From positions 1-64,000 of the IMG/VR virus record IMGVR_UViG_2724679206_000002: a stretch of 64,000 nt of DNA; one strand, 5' to 3'. Both the position numbers and the translations under genes were made by a program. The stretch is from a virus (taxonomy: Duplodnaviria > Caudoviricetes). The notes beneath the pieces are model-generated. The model worked only from the letters and a program-made list of their open reading frames with translations, searched no databases and was not told the DNA's origin. Each line of letters starts with the position of its first letter. The first letter of the stretch is position 1. This document shows positions 41,096 through 51,137 of the stretch, one piece after another.

Positions 41096-41731
41096 ATGAC
41101 TCAAGCCAACCCAAATGTTCCAGCAGAAAAAGCCGCTGCAGCCAAAAGACGCACCGCTAGACCGAAAGCCGCTGCAGCGACTGAAGTTCTTGTTTCAGCT
41201 GATGCTGAAGTGCAACAAGAGCTGCCGCAAGCAGATGCAGAACTGCTAGCTGCAGATCATTCGCCTGCCACAACAGAACAGCTTGAAAAAGTTGATCCTG
41301 TAGAAAAAGAAGAAAAGGACCCTGATCAAGAAACAGGTCATTCACTGTCATCAGCAGAAACTGAGTTACTGGCGGAAAAACAGAAATCAGAATCAGCGGA
41401 TTTGTCCGATAAAGCAAATGATGAAGTTGTTTCGGCTCCGGCATCAGTCATTTCAGAACCTTCAGCTGCTTTGCAAAAACCAAGTGATAACTCAGAAAGC
41501 AAGGCGGTTGCAACTTCTAAAAAAACACAAGCCTCATCACAGCACCGCATATACGTAACTGTTAAAAATATGGGTATGCAAGCTGTATTCGAGCCGCTAT
41601 CCAAGACATCAATTAAGCCAGGTGAATCAGTTGTAATTGGCTGTAAATCAAATCAATTCAAATCGGAAGTTGTAAATAACTTGCAGCAGTTTATTGGCCT
41701 AGGCAAACGATTGGAGATCAAAAATGCATGA
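41096..41731 (+). CDS. Low-complexity virion protein with C-terminal domain shared with the next gene
   Basis: A/E/S-rich linker; C-terminal VKNMG...EPLSKTSIKPGE...NNLQQF. Confidence 0.65.
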   Translation: MTQANPNVPAEKAAAAKRRTARPKAAAATEVLVSADAEVQQELPQADAELLAADHSPATTEQLEKVDPVEKEEKDPDQETGHSLSSAETELLAEKQKSESADLSDKANDEVVSAPASVISEPSAALQKPSDNSESKAVATSKKTQASSQHRIYVTVKNMGMQAVFEPLSKTSIKPGESVVIGCKSNQFKSEVVNNLQQFIGLGKRLEIKNA

Positions 41732-42725
41732 ATATAACGGCTCAAATTCGCTGCTTGATGCACTGGGTGACGTGCCTAGTGTTAAAGTCATCAGTATGAC
41801 AAATACCTCTGCTTATGCGGTGACAGAGCCATTAACGCAAGTGCTTTTGAAACCAAATGAAGTCACTGTTATTCAAGTTACGGGTGCGGCGGCTTTAGAG
41901 CAAATAATTTCTAATTTAGGGCAAATTAATGCCTTAAAAGCAAATATTATTCAGCATGAATTACATGAGCCAGAGAATTCTGAAAATTCCATGGTAATGC
42001 GCGTTTCAGAAGAAGCGGATTTCGTGACACTGGCCATAGGCGGCGGACCATTCCAGATTGACTGGGGCGATGGTACAGCTGAGTTCATCACAGAAGGGTA
42101 TGTAACCCATGAATATGCCGCCCGCGCAGAATGGCGTATTGTCATTGATAAGGAACAGGGAAACATAAGCCCGTCACCAATGATGTTGGGTGTTGCTGTT
42201 GGTATCAAAGAAGTGATTGCGTGGTGGGGTGAAGGGTACGAAGTTTTACGATTTATTGATTCTGAAGAAGATAGGCTTCAGGATAAGCTGATTAAAGTTC
42301 CAAACATTGCACCTCAAGTATTTTCGCTTGAAAGAGGCGAATATTCACCGATTTTCTGTGCATGCACTAAAATTAATGATCCAAACATTAGCGAATGGGA
42401 TGTGTCTTTATGGCCGAATTTGGGCGGCATGTTCCAGCTTGCATCGGCATTCAATCAATCGCTAAATAAGTGGAATGTATCGAATGCTAGAAGCATAAAT
42501 GCTATGTTCCAGTATGCATTGGCATTCAATCAGCCGCTAAATGAATGGGATGTGTCTAGTAATGACGGCAACATGGTCAGCGCTTTCGAAGGTGCAGAAT
42601 CATTTGATCAAGACCTATCCGGCTGGTGTGTGGGGAATATTCTGTCAGAGCCGCAAGCATTTGCAGTCGGTTCCGCATTGCAACCTCAACATATGCCGGT
42701 TTGGGGGACTTGTCCTGTCGAATAA
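41724..42725 (+). CDS. Virion decoration protein with PKD-like and BspA/DUF285 repeat domains
   Basis: IDWGDG; repeats MF..A.AFNQ.L..W.VS. Confidence 0.75.
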   Translation: MHEYNGSNSLLDALGDVPSVKVISMTNTSAYAVTEPLTQVLLKPNEVTVIQVTGAAALEQIISNLGQINALKANIIQHELHEPENSENSMVMRVSEEADFVTLAIGGGPFQIDWGDGTAEFITEGYVTHEYAARAEWRIVIDKEQGNISPSPMMLGVAVGIKEVIAWWGEGYEVLRFIDSEEDRLQDKLIKVPNIAPQVFSLERGEYSPIFCACTKINDPNISEWDVSLWPNLGGMFQLASAFNQSLNKWNVSNARSINAMFQYALAFNQPLNEWDVSSNDGNMVSAFEGAESFDQDLSGWCVGNILSEPQAFAVGSALQPQHMPVWGTCPVE

Positions 42726-42772
42726 GTTCTTTGTATAAAAACTATAACTCTGCTTCGGCAGGGTTTTTTTTA

Positions 42773-42814
42773 TTGGAACTAATAAAAATTTTGCCCAGCG
42801 CGTACTGCAAGAAT
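42773..42814 (+). promoter_or_regulatory. Late promoter motif (tail sheath)
   Basis: TTGGAAC-N29-AAGAAT after a TTCG-loop terminator. Confidence 0.75.
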
Positions 42815-42848
42815 AAAGCTAAGAATTTTGCCGCAGGCAGTCATCATA

Positions 42849-44147
42849 ATGATTTTAAATTTAGACCAGCAAGGTAACTTGAATCTGTCAACATCATCAG
42901 ATGAAGAGGCGGTTTTTAACCTTGAATTGGTGACATACAGTTACTTGGCAGATGCACAGCTTGAAGCTGCATTTATCAGTAAAGTTTCAAATCCAGAACT
43001 CTCAGATATTGTCTTGCGTCTTCGTATTGTGGATTCAGTCAATGGTGATGAAATTATTAAAATTCAGGGAGCGCTGGATGAAGACCCTGACAATTTGGCA
43101 TCTATTGTCGCTGTGGCTGACGCAACAAAAGAGTTTGAAGTTTTTGAGCTCGCCTTGCCGCAGGAACCAAGTGATATTTTGGAGGCTATCAAGAGCTCAG
43201 AGGCCTTTAACTCATCCAACAGCCTAGGTCGCAGCAAAACAGTCATTGAATTGCCAGATGATACGTTGCCGGCATTTGATGGTGATGAGATTTATACCAT
43301 TCTGACCAATCAGGTCGAGCCGCCGGCCTATATTGTCCTGCCGCAAACAGATGACCTGCCGATATATGTGGCGGCACTGCGCGCAGCGGAAAAATTGAAT
43401 ATTCCGCTTGATGCTGAAATCGACCCAACCATTACAGCGGAACAAGCAGCGGAATTTGCATTATCCATGGATGCCCAGTCGCACCGCGTTCAATTCATCT
43501 GGTCACCAAATCTTTGCCGAGCGCGAGATTCAGTTTCATTAAGCGGGCGAAAAATACCTGCGCCGTATATTGGGCAATATATCGGTGACAAGCTGTTGCG
43601 CAATGCACGTACTGATGCAGAAGGCTATGCGCCGCTGCATGTCGCTGTAGCATGGAAGGATTTTCCGTTCCGTAAAAAAGCATTAGAGCTTCGTCCCGAT
43701 ATTGTATTGGATGAGCCGACGGTAGAAATGCTGGCTAAAGCCAAAGTTAATGTCGTGCGTCCAATCAAGTTTAAACAGGGCATGCGTTATGTGCTAAGTG
43801 ATCTGCTGACTCAGCGCCAAAGCAAGAACAGTGCGCTTCGCTTAGTACCGGCAGCTGAAATTGCCATGCGTACATCCAATGAAGTGGTTTCAATCTTAAA
43901 AGAACATATGCTGAAGCCGACTTCCAGTTATTTGAAAGATGCCAGCGATGACATTGACGATTATCTATCTGGCGCCGTGACTGCCGGATGGCTGAAGCCT
44001 GCTGATGATTTAGGCGGTAAGCCATATGCCTTCCGTTTGACGCCGGATAAAAATTTCCCATTTGAACGTGTGCGCCTTTACTTAGCGCGGCGTCCTGAAG
44101 GCGCAACACGGGCAGTTATTTTTGATGAAGACGTTTTAGTTAAATAA
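42849..44147 (+). CDS. Tail sheath protein
   Basis: C-terminal LAKAKVNVV, DLLT, GWL..., RPEGATR sheath-like pattern; start ATG 42849. Confidence 0.7.
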   Translation: MILNLDQQGNLNLSTSSDEEAVFNLELVTYSYLADAQLEAAFISKVSNPELSDIVLRLRIVDSVNGDEIIKIQGALDEDPDNLASIVAVADATKEFEVFELALPQEPSDILEAIKSSEAFNSSNSLGRSKTVIELPDDTLPAFDGDEIYTILTNQVEPPAYIVLPQTDDLPIYVAALRAAEKLNIPLDAEIDPTITAEQAAEFALSMDAQSHRVQFIWSPNLCRARDSVSLSGRKIPAPYIGQYIGDKLLRNARTDAEGYAPLHVAVAWKDFPFRKKALELRPDIVLDEPTVEMLAKAKVNVVRPIKFKQGMRYVLSDLLTQRQSKNSALRLVPAAEIAMRTSNEVVSILKEHMLKPTSSYLKDASDDIDDYLSGAVTAGWLKPADDLGGKPYAFRLTPDKNFPFERVRLYLARRPEGATRAVIFDEDVLVK

Positions 44148-44165
44148 TTTTAGGCAGGTGAAAAT

Positions 44166-44942
44166 ATGTTTGGTTCAAAAAACCCTTTAAATGCAAAAAC
44201 TCAGAATTTACTTCTGCGAGAATTTGATTCAGCTGCTGCGGAAATTAAAACTTCTGTTTCAGCATTAACCAGTTCAATTCGTGAAGAACTTTCATTTATT
44301 GAGCACGTCCGTGAACAAGCTTTAAACATTGTTGCGGAGCTTGCAGATGCAGTGACTGAAGGAACGCTTGAAGAAGGTGAGCTGCCATCGGACCGATTGG
44401 ACTTTTTGATTTTGGAGGTGATCGACGGCGCTGATGATGATGAAAATACATTAGAAAATGCTGTATTAGAATCAATTGCAGATGCATTGGCCACATTTGG
44501 GGTTGATGATTCTATTATTGAAGAAATGATGGGTGAAAATGTCGAAGCGGCCGATGCTGCGATTGAGGCGGCGGCAAGCACTGTAATTGCCAATATGCCA
44601 GACGATGGTGATCCGCTGGATGATTTGGTGCGTGAATTCATCTATGGCGAGCCAGATGAAATGGAAAGCGGCTTTGATGCTGCAACTGGGAAAAAACTGT
44701 CCCGCGGAAAAATGACCACAAAATCTTTCAACGGCAAGAAAATCCGTTATAAAGCTATTGCTGCAATTCGCAAGGGGGTAAAGACAGTTGTTAATAAACG
44801 CTTACCAGGGCAAAAAGTTCGCTTATCCAGCGACCAAAAAGCGGGTTTGAAAAAAGCGCGCTTAAAATCGACTTCTGCAAACTCGATCCGTAAGCGCATG
44901 AAGTCGTTGCTTAAAGGTAAAAAACTTGGATTGTATAAATAA
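44166..44942 (+). CDS. Acidic/basic bipartite protein, probable internal head or scaffold protein
   Basis: D/E-rich N-part, K/R-rich C-part, EFDSA and GFDAA motifs. Confidence 0.55.
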   Translation: MFGSKNPLNAKTQNLLLREFDSAAAEIKTSVSALTSSIREELSFIEHVREQALNIVAELADAVTEGTLEEGELPSDRLDFLILEVIDGADDDENTLENAVLESIADALATFGVDDSIIEEMMGENVEAADAAIEAAASTVIANMPDDGDPLDDLVREFIYGEPDEMESGFDAATGKKLSRGKMTTKSFNGKKIRYKAIAAIRKGVKTVVNKRLPGQKVRLSSDQKAGLKKARLKSTSANSIRKRMKSLLKGKKLGLYK

Positions 44943-45023
44943 CCAAAATTGCGCAATTATAATTTATTTCATTTCTTAGAGTAGAACTAAAGTTATCAGT
45001 TAATTTTATAATTTACCGATACT

Positions 45024-45058
45024 AAAAATAAGAGCGCTTATGGGCGCTCTTATTTTTA
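45024..45058. terminator. Bidirectional terminator
   Basis: AAAAATAAGAGCGC-TTATGG-GCGCTCTTATTTTT between convergent genes. Confidence 0.85.
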
Positions 45059-45078
45059 TATCCGATAATTGGGTTAAA

Positions 45079-46698
45079 TTAATGAAACACAGTTTCAAGT
45101 GCTTTTAACCCTACTTTTGGGTCTAGCAAACCATTGTAGATGTCTGGAATTTCTCGATTTACACCAAAAAATTCATAAATAGCGAGCATAGCGCCACGCA
45201 CTGAATATTCAACAGTAAAAACCACATCATCTTCGATTTCTACGAACTGCCCCAAAAAGGCGAAGTTTTTTGAACCATGTGGAATAACTAAAGGACGGTC
45301 ACCAGGTTTGCGGCATGCGAACAATGCGGATGCATACGGCATCATGGCTGTCGTCACATCAGTTGTATCTAAAACATGTTCTAAGATGTCATCAAAACCA
45401 AGTTGCTTAACGAGTTCAGTTAAAATCTCTTTACCTGTTGCTTCACACATTGGTTTCTTAATGTAGTTACCTTGATGGTCTATTTGGAAACCATAGCCCC
45501 ACAAAGTGTATATACCTTCCGGCAAATCGGCAAAATGGGGCTGTGCAGGAACAACAATTGATAAGTGCCAGCCAGATTCAAACCAAGTCATCAGCGCGCC
45601 TGTACCGGGCTCATTACCCGTATAGTCAATGATACGCTTTAATAGCACATCATCTTTCATTGTAAGGGTGAACGATTCCCATTTATGCTCATCGACGTTG
45701 CCGCAAAAAGTCATCGGGCGTCCAAAATCAGGGGCTTTTTTGGCTAAAGTTTCCCACAATGTCCAGCCATGATCCAAACGATCACGGATTAAAGGTGGCA
45801 CATCATCATTGCCTCCATAACGTGAATCTGCAGTAATTGATCCTAATGTGAATATAGCTAAGTCTTGTGGTTTAACTTCAATCTGCTCTGTGCCCTCAGG
45901 CAGCTTGACATATAATCGCGTCGCTTGGCGCTCTTGAGTTTGTGCGTCTGTGACAAAGTCTGCATCAGTCACATAATTTCCAAAGCGAACATCAACACCT
46001 TGTGCCGTCAACCAGCGTTGTAGAGGCAAAATCATAGAATCATACTGATTGTATTTAGTACGTTTTACGCCAGCGAGGGTATGAATACGTGGTAATTCCT
46101 GAATGAATCGTAAAAAATAGCGACGCAATTCGGCGGCGCTATGCCATTTTTGAAAGGCAAAGGTGGTACGCCACATGCGCCAGAAATTGGTGTCAAAAAA
46201 AGCCTCATCAAAAAATTCGTCAATACGCCGGCTACCAATTTTTTCCTCTTTAGAGGCAAGTAGGCGCAACATTTGTGCGCGGTGCATTGTGTTAAGTCCT
46301 AACTTTGCAGCGTCAGCAATATTATGTTTTGAATCAATCAATCGCGCTTGAGCATGAGTTTTAATCTGCTCATTGAATTGGCGGCACTCTTCACGTACAG
46401 AAATTTCCGGGTTTTCTAAAGAAGGAATACTGGAAAATAAGTCCCAAAGGCATAAATAGGTTTCATCTGTTAACATACGCCCGCCACGCGTCACCCACGC
46501 CTGAGCAGCATGTGGGGTATGGCCGCCGTCCATTGATCCGCCGGAGATATCAAGCTCTTCCAGAATATGAATGTTTTTTGCAGGAACTTTGGCATCACGG
46601 ATGGCAAAAGCCGCCGCTGCCATACCTGCAATACCTCCGCCAATAATCCAAAGATGTGAATGCTGCGGATCCAAAGCACTGCGTTTATTATTTTGCAT
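45079..46698 (-). CDS. Oleate hydratase (MCRA family), moron
   Basis: GGGIAG FAD motif, GGSMDG, RGGRM, YNQYDSMILPL, FTVEYSVR. Confidence 0.93.
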   Translation of the reverse strand: MQNNKRSALDPQHSHLWIIGGGIAGMAAAAFAIRDAKVPAKNIHILEELDISGGSMDGGHTPHAAQAWVTRGGRMLTDETYLCLWDLFSSIPSLENPEISVREECRQFNEQIKTHAQARLIDSKHNIADAAKLGLNTMHRAQMLRLLASKEEKIGSRRIDEFFDEAFFDTNFWRMWRTTFAFQKWHSAAELRRYFLRFIQELPRIHTLAGVKRTKYNQYDSMILPLQRWLTAQGVDVRFGNYVTDADFVTDAQTQERQATRLYVKLPEGTEQIEVKPQDLAIFTLGSITADSRYGGNDDVPPLIRDRLDHGWTLWETLAKKAPDFGRPMTFCGNVDEHKWESFTLTMKDDVLLKRIIDYTGNEPGTGALMTWFESGWHLSIVVPAQPHFADLPEGIYTLWGYGFQIDHQGNYIKKPMCEATGKEILTELVKQLGFDDILEHVLDTTDVTTAMMPYASALFACRKPGDRPLVIPHGSKNFAFLGQFVEIEDDVVFTVEYSVRGAMLAIYEFFGVNREIPDIYNGLLDPKVGLKALETVFH

Positions 46699-47011
46699 TG
46701 TTTGCCCTCGATTGATAAAAATTATGTGTGGTAGGTTTTTAAAACCATAATTTTAGTATGTCTTTTTATATATGAAAAGTGTATGAAATTTAAAGTATTT
46801 AAATAACTATTTTTGTAATGAAGAATCCATTCTTAATAGTTTTTTTGGATATTTTATTAAATACATTAAAAATTTTGGTGATAAATAGGGAGTGTTAAAG
46901 TTCGCTTTTAAATCCTTCTAAGAACTGAAACACTTTAATAGAAGATATTCAATTTTTTTACTTTCAGCTAACGGGCTATAAACTTTAATTATCAATAAAC
47001 TAAGTCATGGA

Positions 47012-47052
47012 TTGGAACATGCTAAAAAAATAGACCAATCATTTGTCAAAAT
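47012..47052 (+). promoter_or_regulatory. Late promoter motif (tail tube operon)
   Basis: TTGGAAC-N28-CAAAAT. Confidence 0.75.
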
Positions 47053-47081
47053 AAATTATCAAAAGACATTTGAGAAAAGCG

Positions 47082-47723
47082 ATGCGTCAAGTCAATCCTA
47101 TTTTACTCAATCAGTTAAGAGCTGACTATTTAGCAATTAAGCAGCTTGGTTCTCCTCTATTAGCCTGCCAAGGAATGTTGGTGCCGCGCGGCATGGAAGA
47201 CTACCGCTTGCTGATCAAGAGCTGCCCGCGTCCAATAGTCAGCAATGAAGATCCAGCGGAAGTGCAATACCCTGGCGGGTTTACAGGCATTGTTGCAGGT
47301 GTACCTAAAACGCACTACACAGGCAACTTGCAGATGTTGGTGACTGAAGCTGGCCATGATCAGATTTTTGCAGATTATATTGTTGCCAATGGCGGAATGA
47401 TTGACTGCGATTATTATGATGGCCGTGTAGACAGCTTTACTCGGGCATATTTTCTGGAGAATTGTGCAATCCGTTTTGAAATGGCTGAATACGATTCGGA
47501 TAGCCGCTCCCAAAATATGACTGTTTCATGCCCGATAGACTTTAACTTTTTCGGCAACTTCGCAAATATTGGCAGCAATGGCACCATCTTACCGGGCTTG
47601 CGTCAAATCGAAGGTACTCAAGAGCTGATCAGCCGTGTGCAGACTGTGATTGATACAGCGCTGTCAGCTACGACGAGCTTGCAAAGCAGTGTTACACGTC
47701 AACTAGGATCTCTTTTCGGATAA
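47082..47723 (+). CDS. Putative tail tube protein
   Basis: Size, beta-rich pattern, own late promoter. Confidence 0.55.
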   Translation: MRQVNPILLNQLRADYLAIKQLGSPLLACQGMLVPRGMEDYRLLIKSCPRPIVSNEDPAEVQYPGGFTGIVAGVPKTHYTGNLQMLVTEAGHDQIFADYIVANGGMIDCDYYDGRVDSFTRAYFLENCAIRFEMAEYDSDSRSQNMTVSCPIDFNFFGNFANIGSNGTILPGLRQIEGTQELISRVQTVIDTALSATTSLQSSVTRQLGSLFG

Positions 47724-47727
47724 AGCC

Positions 47728-48174
47728 ATGCAGTTATTGCCGAATTATGGAACAAATACTTACCGTGCCGTGGCTGGGCCTATATCAATACTTGCAGAGG
47801 TTTACCACAAGAAGCTCACTTTGAAAGGCTATTCATTGCTGCAGGATGAAGTCCAATCCGCTTTTATTGAGGAAGTTAAGCGCTATGCCGGCTGGCAAAG
47901 CCTTACTTGCCAGAAAAACGCGACAGCTCCGATCGAAGTAGACGAAAATTTAATTCTTGAAGCTTTTGAATGGGTCATCATTGAGCCGTGCGTAAAGGCG
48001 AACTGTGATCTTATCCAAGCATCATTGGTTGAAGCTTCACGCAGTATGGGTACTGAAGGGTTTGGCATGACGGTCAGTGAAGCTGAACAGGCCTATGAAG
48101 CTGAGAAGGAAAAAATGCCTAAGAACGCATTTATCCATCCGCCGTTCAGTTTTAAAACATTGGGAGGGCAGTAA
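47728..48174 (+). CDS. Putative head-tail adaptor
   Basis: Helical 148-aa late ORF. Confidence 0.45.
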   Translation: MQLLPNYGTNTYRAVAGPISILAEVYHKKLTLKGYSLLQDEVQSAFIEEVKRYAGWQSLTCQKNATAPIEVDENLILEAFEWVIIEPCVKANCDLIQASLVEASRSMGTEGFGMTVSEAEQAYEAEKEKMPKNAFIHPPFSFKTLGGQ

Positions 48175-49071
48175 ATGCAAATCGTCATTACTGCTGCAAA
48201 TAAGCTGATATCAGCATCAGAGTTAATGCTGGCCACGCTTCGCACTGATCTAGCTCCAGTGCCATTAAGCCTTGAATTTTCTGTTAAGGCAACACCAGAA
48301 CTTGAAGCTCAGCTTAAAGTGGGTGCCGAAATTTTAGTGGGTAATATCAGTCAACCGCTTGAAATTGTGCTGGTGCGGCCAGTCAAGTCGCAAACAGTGA
48401 AAGATGACCGCAGGATTGGCGCCATTTCATGTATTGCGGTTTTGGCTGGCTGTCAAAAGCTCATTGTGAATACTGATCGGGCCATCATTCAAATTGAAAC
48501 ATCATTTAATGCTGCGATTAGAGCGTGCGGTGTAAAAAATATCCGCTTTGGAGATGATCTTCCTCTGCCAGAATTCATTTGCCTTAAGGGCCGATTGCCT
48601 ACAGTAAGGCTGGCACTGTATCTGCAGCAGGAAGCTGCAGTAATTTGTTTTCGCGATAATAAGCTGAATGTTTTGAAACTGGATTCACTATTTAAACAAG
48701 ATCCAGTACTGAAATTGGATTTTAGTGAAGTAAGTTGGCTGAACAGCAATCAGAAAGAAAAGCTTCAAAAATCCTCCTATGTGTCAGTTGATCAAGACGG
48801 TTCAACGGTTATTGGTGATGACACAACAACATCGGGGCAAGCCGTTATTCAGAGAGCTGGACTGGATGCGCGTCAGCTGAAGAATTTAGAAAAGGTGCTC
48901 ATTCCACGCGGGACGATTGAACGGCCGCTGAATATGGGTCTTATGGCGGGTTTAATTGTTGAAATCAGTCAAACAAAATACGTGATATTGACTGCTGCCC
49001 ATCAGGTTGAAACCGGGGCAGTCGGGGGCAATGTCGGATCAATAACCAAATTATGGTTGGCAAGTTTATGA
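48175..49071 (+). CDS. Putative baseplate hub protein
   Basis: LRTDLAPVP.SLE, YVILTAAH patterns; upstream of the spike gene. Confidence 0.5.
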   Translation: MQIVITAANKLISASELMLATLRTDLAPVPLSLEFSVKATPELEAQLKVGAEILVGNISQPLEIVLVRPVKSQTVKDDRRIGAISCIAVLAGCQKLIVNTDRAIIQIETSFNAAIRACGVKNIRFGDDLPLPEFICLKGRLPTVRLALYLQQEAAVICFRDNKLNVLKLDSLFKQDPVLKLDFSEVSWLNSNQKEKLQKSSYVSVDQDGSTVIGDDTTTSGQAVIQRAGLDARQLKNLEKVLIPRGTIERPLNMGLMAGLIVEISQTKYVILTAAHQVETGAVGGNVGSITKLWLASL

Positions 49072-50306
49072 ATACTACAAAGATATTAGGTGAAGCCGTT
49101 GGCATTCAGCGTCAGGATATTATTGACCAGACTGAAGAGCAGCTGGCAGACAGTCTAAATGGCGCTGCAATTTTAGGCCGTTTCAAACGTGGCCGTTTAG
49201 ACAAAACTATGACTATTCATCAAGGCAATATCCGCGGGCAGCTGGGTTATGATCCAAATAACCCGGACTACATCGCCGTGCAGGATTGTCTAGATGCAGG
49301 TGTGCCGAGCGTGCAAGTGCTGCGTATTTCAGCTGGTGACGACAGTGGTGAAGGCGGTAATGGTGTCGCTGATGTAACCATACAAAATATTGACATGACT
49401 GGCAGATTTGCAATTGCAAGAGACAAAACCCCGAATGCTTATACTGTTCATGCTATAAATGATCAAGTTATTGATTTTTCGAGTAACTTAAAAGTAGTAA
49501 GTGACTCTGAAAACATGATTGCGATTAGGAAAGCGATTTTTGCACCGAGCGGGAATATATTTGCTCATTATGAATCAGATGCTTCATTTATTAATCTTCA
49601 AACAGCATTTTATTGGTTCAATGGGACGGACTTCTCAAGTCAAATAAGTTTTGATCCTCCTTTGGGCACACAAAACGTAATCCCAATTATCGCTGTATCG
49701 CCGGATGATCAATACATACTTTTCAGCGGATTGAATAAAGCAATAAATGTATATAAAAAATTAGATGCTATGTCTTATACGCGAATACATCAAATGGAAG
49801 ATGCTGAAATATTTACAGGATTAGAATTTTCACCTGATTCGACTAAATTTAGCTTTCTATCATTAGGTGACACTGCACTAAAAGTATACTCATTGGCTGG
49901 CGAAGACGATGCTTTAAGCTATCTGGGTAAGTTAAAGATTCCAGATTATGTAAGCTGGCCGGCCGGAAGCCTTGTATATTCCCCAATATGGATGAATAAC
50001 AGCATGATTTATCGTATTGTTCGTGAAAACATAGAAAATACAGATACTGATTACATGGCTTTTCAGGCAGTGATTGAAGTTTCAAGTGATAGCTTGTCTT
50101 ACGCTTACGAGAACACAGAAAGCGTCGGATTTCATGGTGCTGCGCACTCAAATTATACGGGCGGGGCTTTAGTTAATGTTGATTCTTATCGACATGGAAA
50201 TTATGGATACAGTCTTACTACGCTGAACACAAATGGCAACGTGATCAAAACAGTTAAAGACTTCTCAGAGCTGCGTGATCAAAAAATGCTTTATTTTACA
50301 GTCTAA
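49068..50306 (+). CDS. Virion protein: conserved 88-aa N-domain plus beta-propeller-like C-terminus
   Basis: FAPSG, VSPDD, FSPDS blades; N-domain duplicated at 50580. Confidence 0.7.
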   Translation: MNTTKILGEAVGIQRQDIIDQTEEQLADSLNGAAILGRFKRGRLDKTMTIHQGNIRGQLGYDPNNPDYIAVQDCLDAGVPSVQVLRISAGDDSGEGGNGVADVTIQNIDMTGRFAIARDKTPNAYTVHAINDQVIDFSSNLKVVSDSENMIAIRKAIFAPSGNIFAHYESDASFINLQTAFYWFNGTDFSSQISFDPPLGTQNVIPIIAVSPDDQYILFSGLNKAINVYKKLDAMSYTRIHQMEDAEIFTGLEFSPDSTKFSFLSLGDTALKVYSLAGEDDALSYLGKLKIPDYVSWPAGSLVYSPIWMNNSMIYRIVRENIENTDTDYMAFQAVIEVSSDSLSYAYENTESVGFHGAAHSNYTGGALVNVDSYRHGNYGYSLTTLNTNGNVIKTVKDFSELRDQKMLYFTV

Positions 50307-50511
50307 TGAAAGTGAAGTTCGCATAATGGTTGCTGATGCGTACATCAACGGTGATGTTGATTATCTGTGCAAAACAATAGTCTACAATAAAGCATCCCAA
50401 TCTTATTCTGTACTCTAAAATGAAATAATGCCAAGTAAGCCCGTAGACCGCGGGCTTTCTTTTCCGTCCTCTGGCAGCGGGTTAATATTTGCCACCGCGA
50501 TCCTAATTTAA

Positions 50512-50553
50512 TTGGAATCATTGCAAATCTGTTCAAATTGTTTCATGCACACT
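50512..50553 (+). promoter_or_regulatory. Late promoter motif
   Basis: TTGGAAT-N29-CACACT. Confidence 0.65.
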
Positions 50554-50579
50554 GTTGATTATTTGATTTAGGAAAAGTA

Positions 50580-51137
50580 ATGAATACTACAAAGATATTA
50601 GGTGAAGCGGTTGGCATTCAGCGTCAGGACATCGTGGACCAGACAGAAGAGCAGCTGGCAGACAGTCTAAATGGCGCTGCAATTTTAGGCCGTTTCAAAC
50701 GTGGCCGCTTAGATAAACCCATTACGATTCATCAAGGTAATATCCGCGGGCAATTGGGCTATGAACCAAATAACCCGGACTATATCGCTGTGCAGGATTG
50801 TCTGGACGCAGGCGTGCCTAACGTGCAAGTTTTACGTATTTCAGGGGGCGCATTGATTTGCCAAAAGCTTGTTAATGTTGATAATTATCGTCAATTTATT
50901 GTTAGGCCTGATCTTACTGACGCGGGCCAGCAAGAGATAGATAAGGTACTTGATGCACTAATTGAATCCGGTAGGTACACAATCAATGAGCATCCATATC
51001 AATTGAAGAACACCTATTATGTACGGACGGATGAATATATTGATATATCTATCAGCCGTTCTGAATCAATAGGCGAATTTAACGAAGTTGAATTTTGTGC
51101 ATCCGTGCCTTTCATTTTTGAAGCATGGTACACCTAA
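50580..51137 (+). CDS. Virion protein: same 88-aa N-domain plus unrelated short C-terminus
   Basis: MNTTKILGEAVGIQRQD...VQVLRIS shared with 49068. Confidence 0.75.
   Translation: MNTTKILGEAVGIQRQDIVDQTEEQLADSLNGAAILGRFKRGRLDKPITIHQGNIRGQLGYEPNNPDYIAVQDCLDAGVPNVQVLRISGGALICQKLVNVDNYRQFIVRPDLTDAGQQEIDKVLDALIESGRYTINEHPYQLKNTYYVRTDEYIDISISRSESIGEFNEVEFCASVPFIFEAWYT

Larger units (their letters stand above)
49068..50843 (+). repeat. 264-bp dispersed direct repeat (49068-49331 and 50580-50843)
   Basis: Encoded 88 aa differ at only five positions. Confidence 0.92.

Noticed and set aside
49068-50843. Diversity-generating retroelement or invertase shufflon
   Set aside because: No reverse transcriptase or invertase; repeats are direct, at the 5' ends of genes, and differences are not adenine-specific
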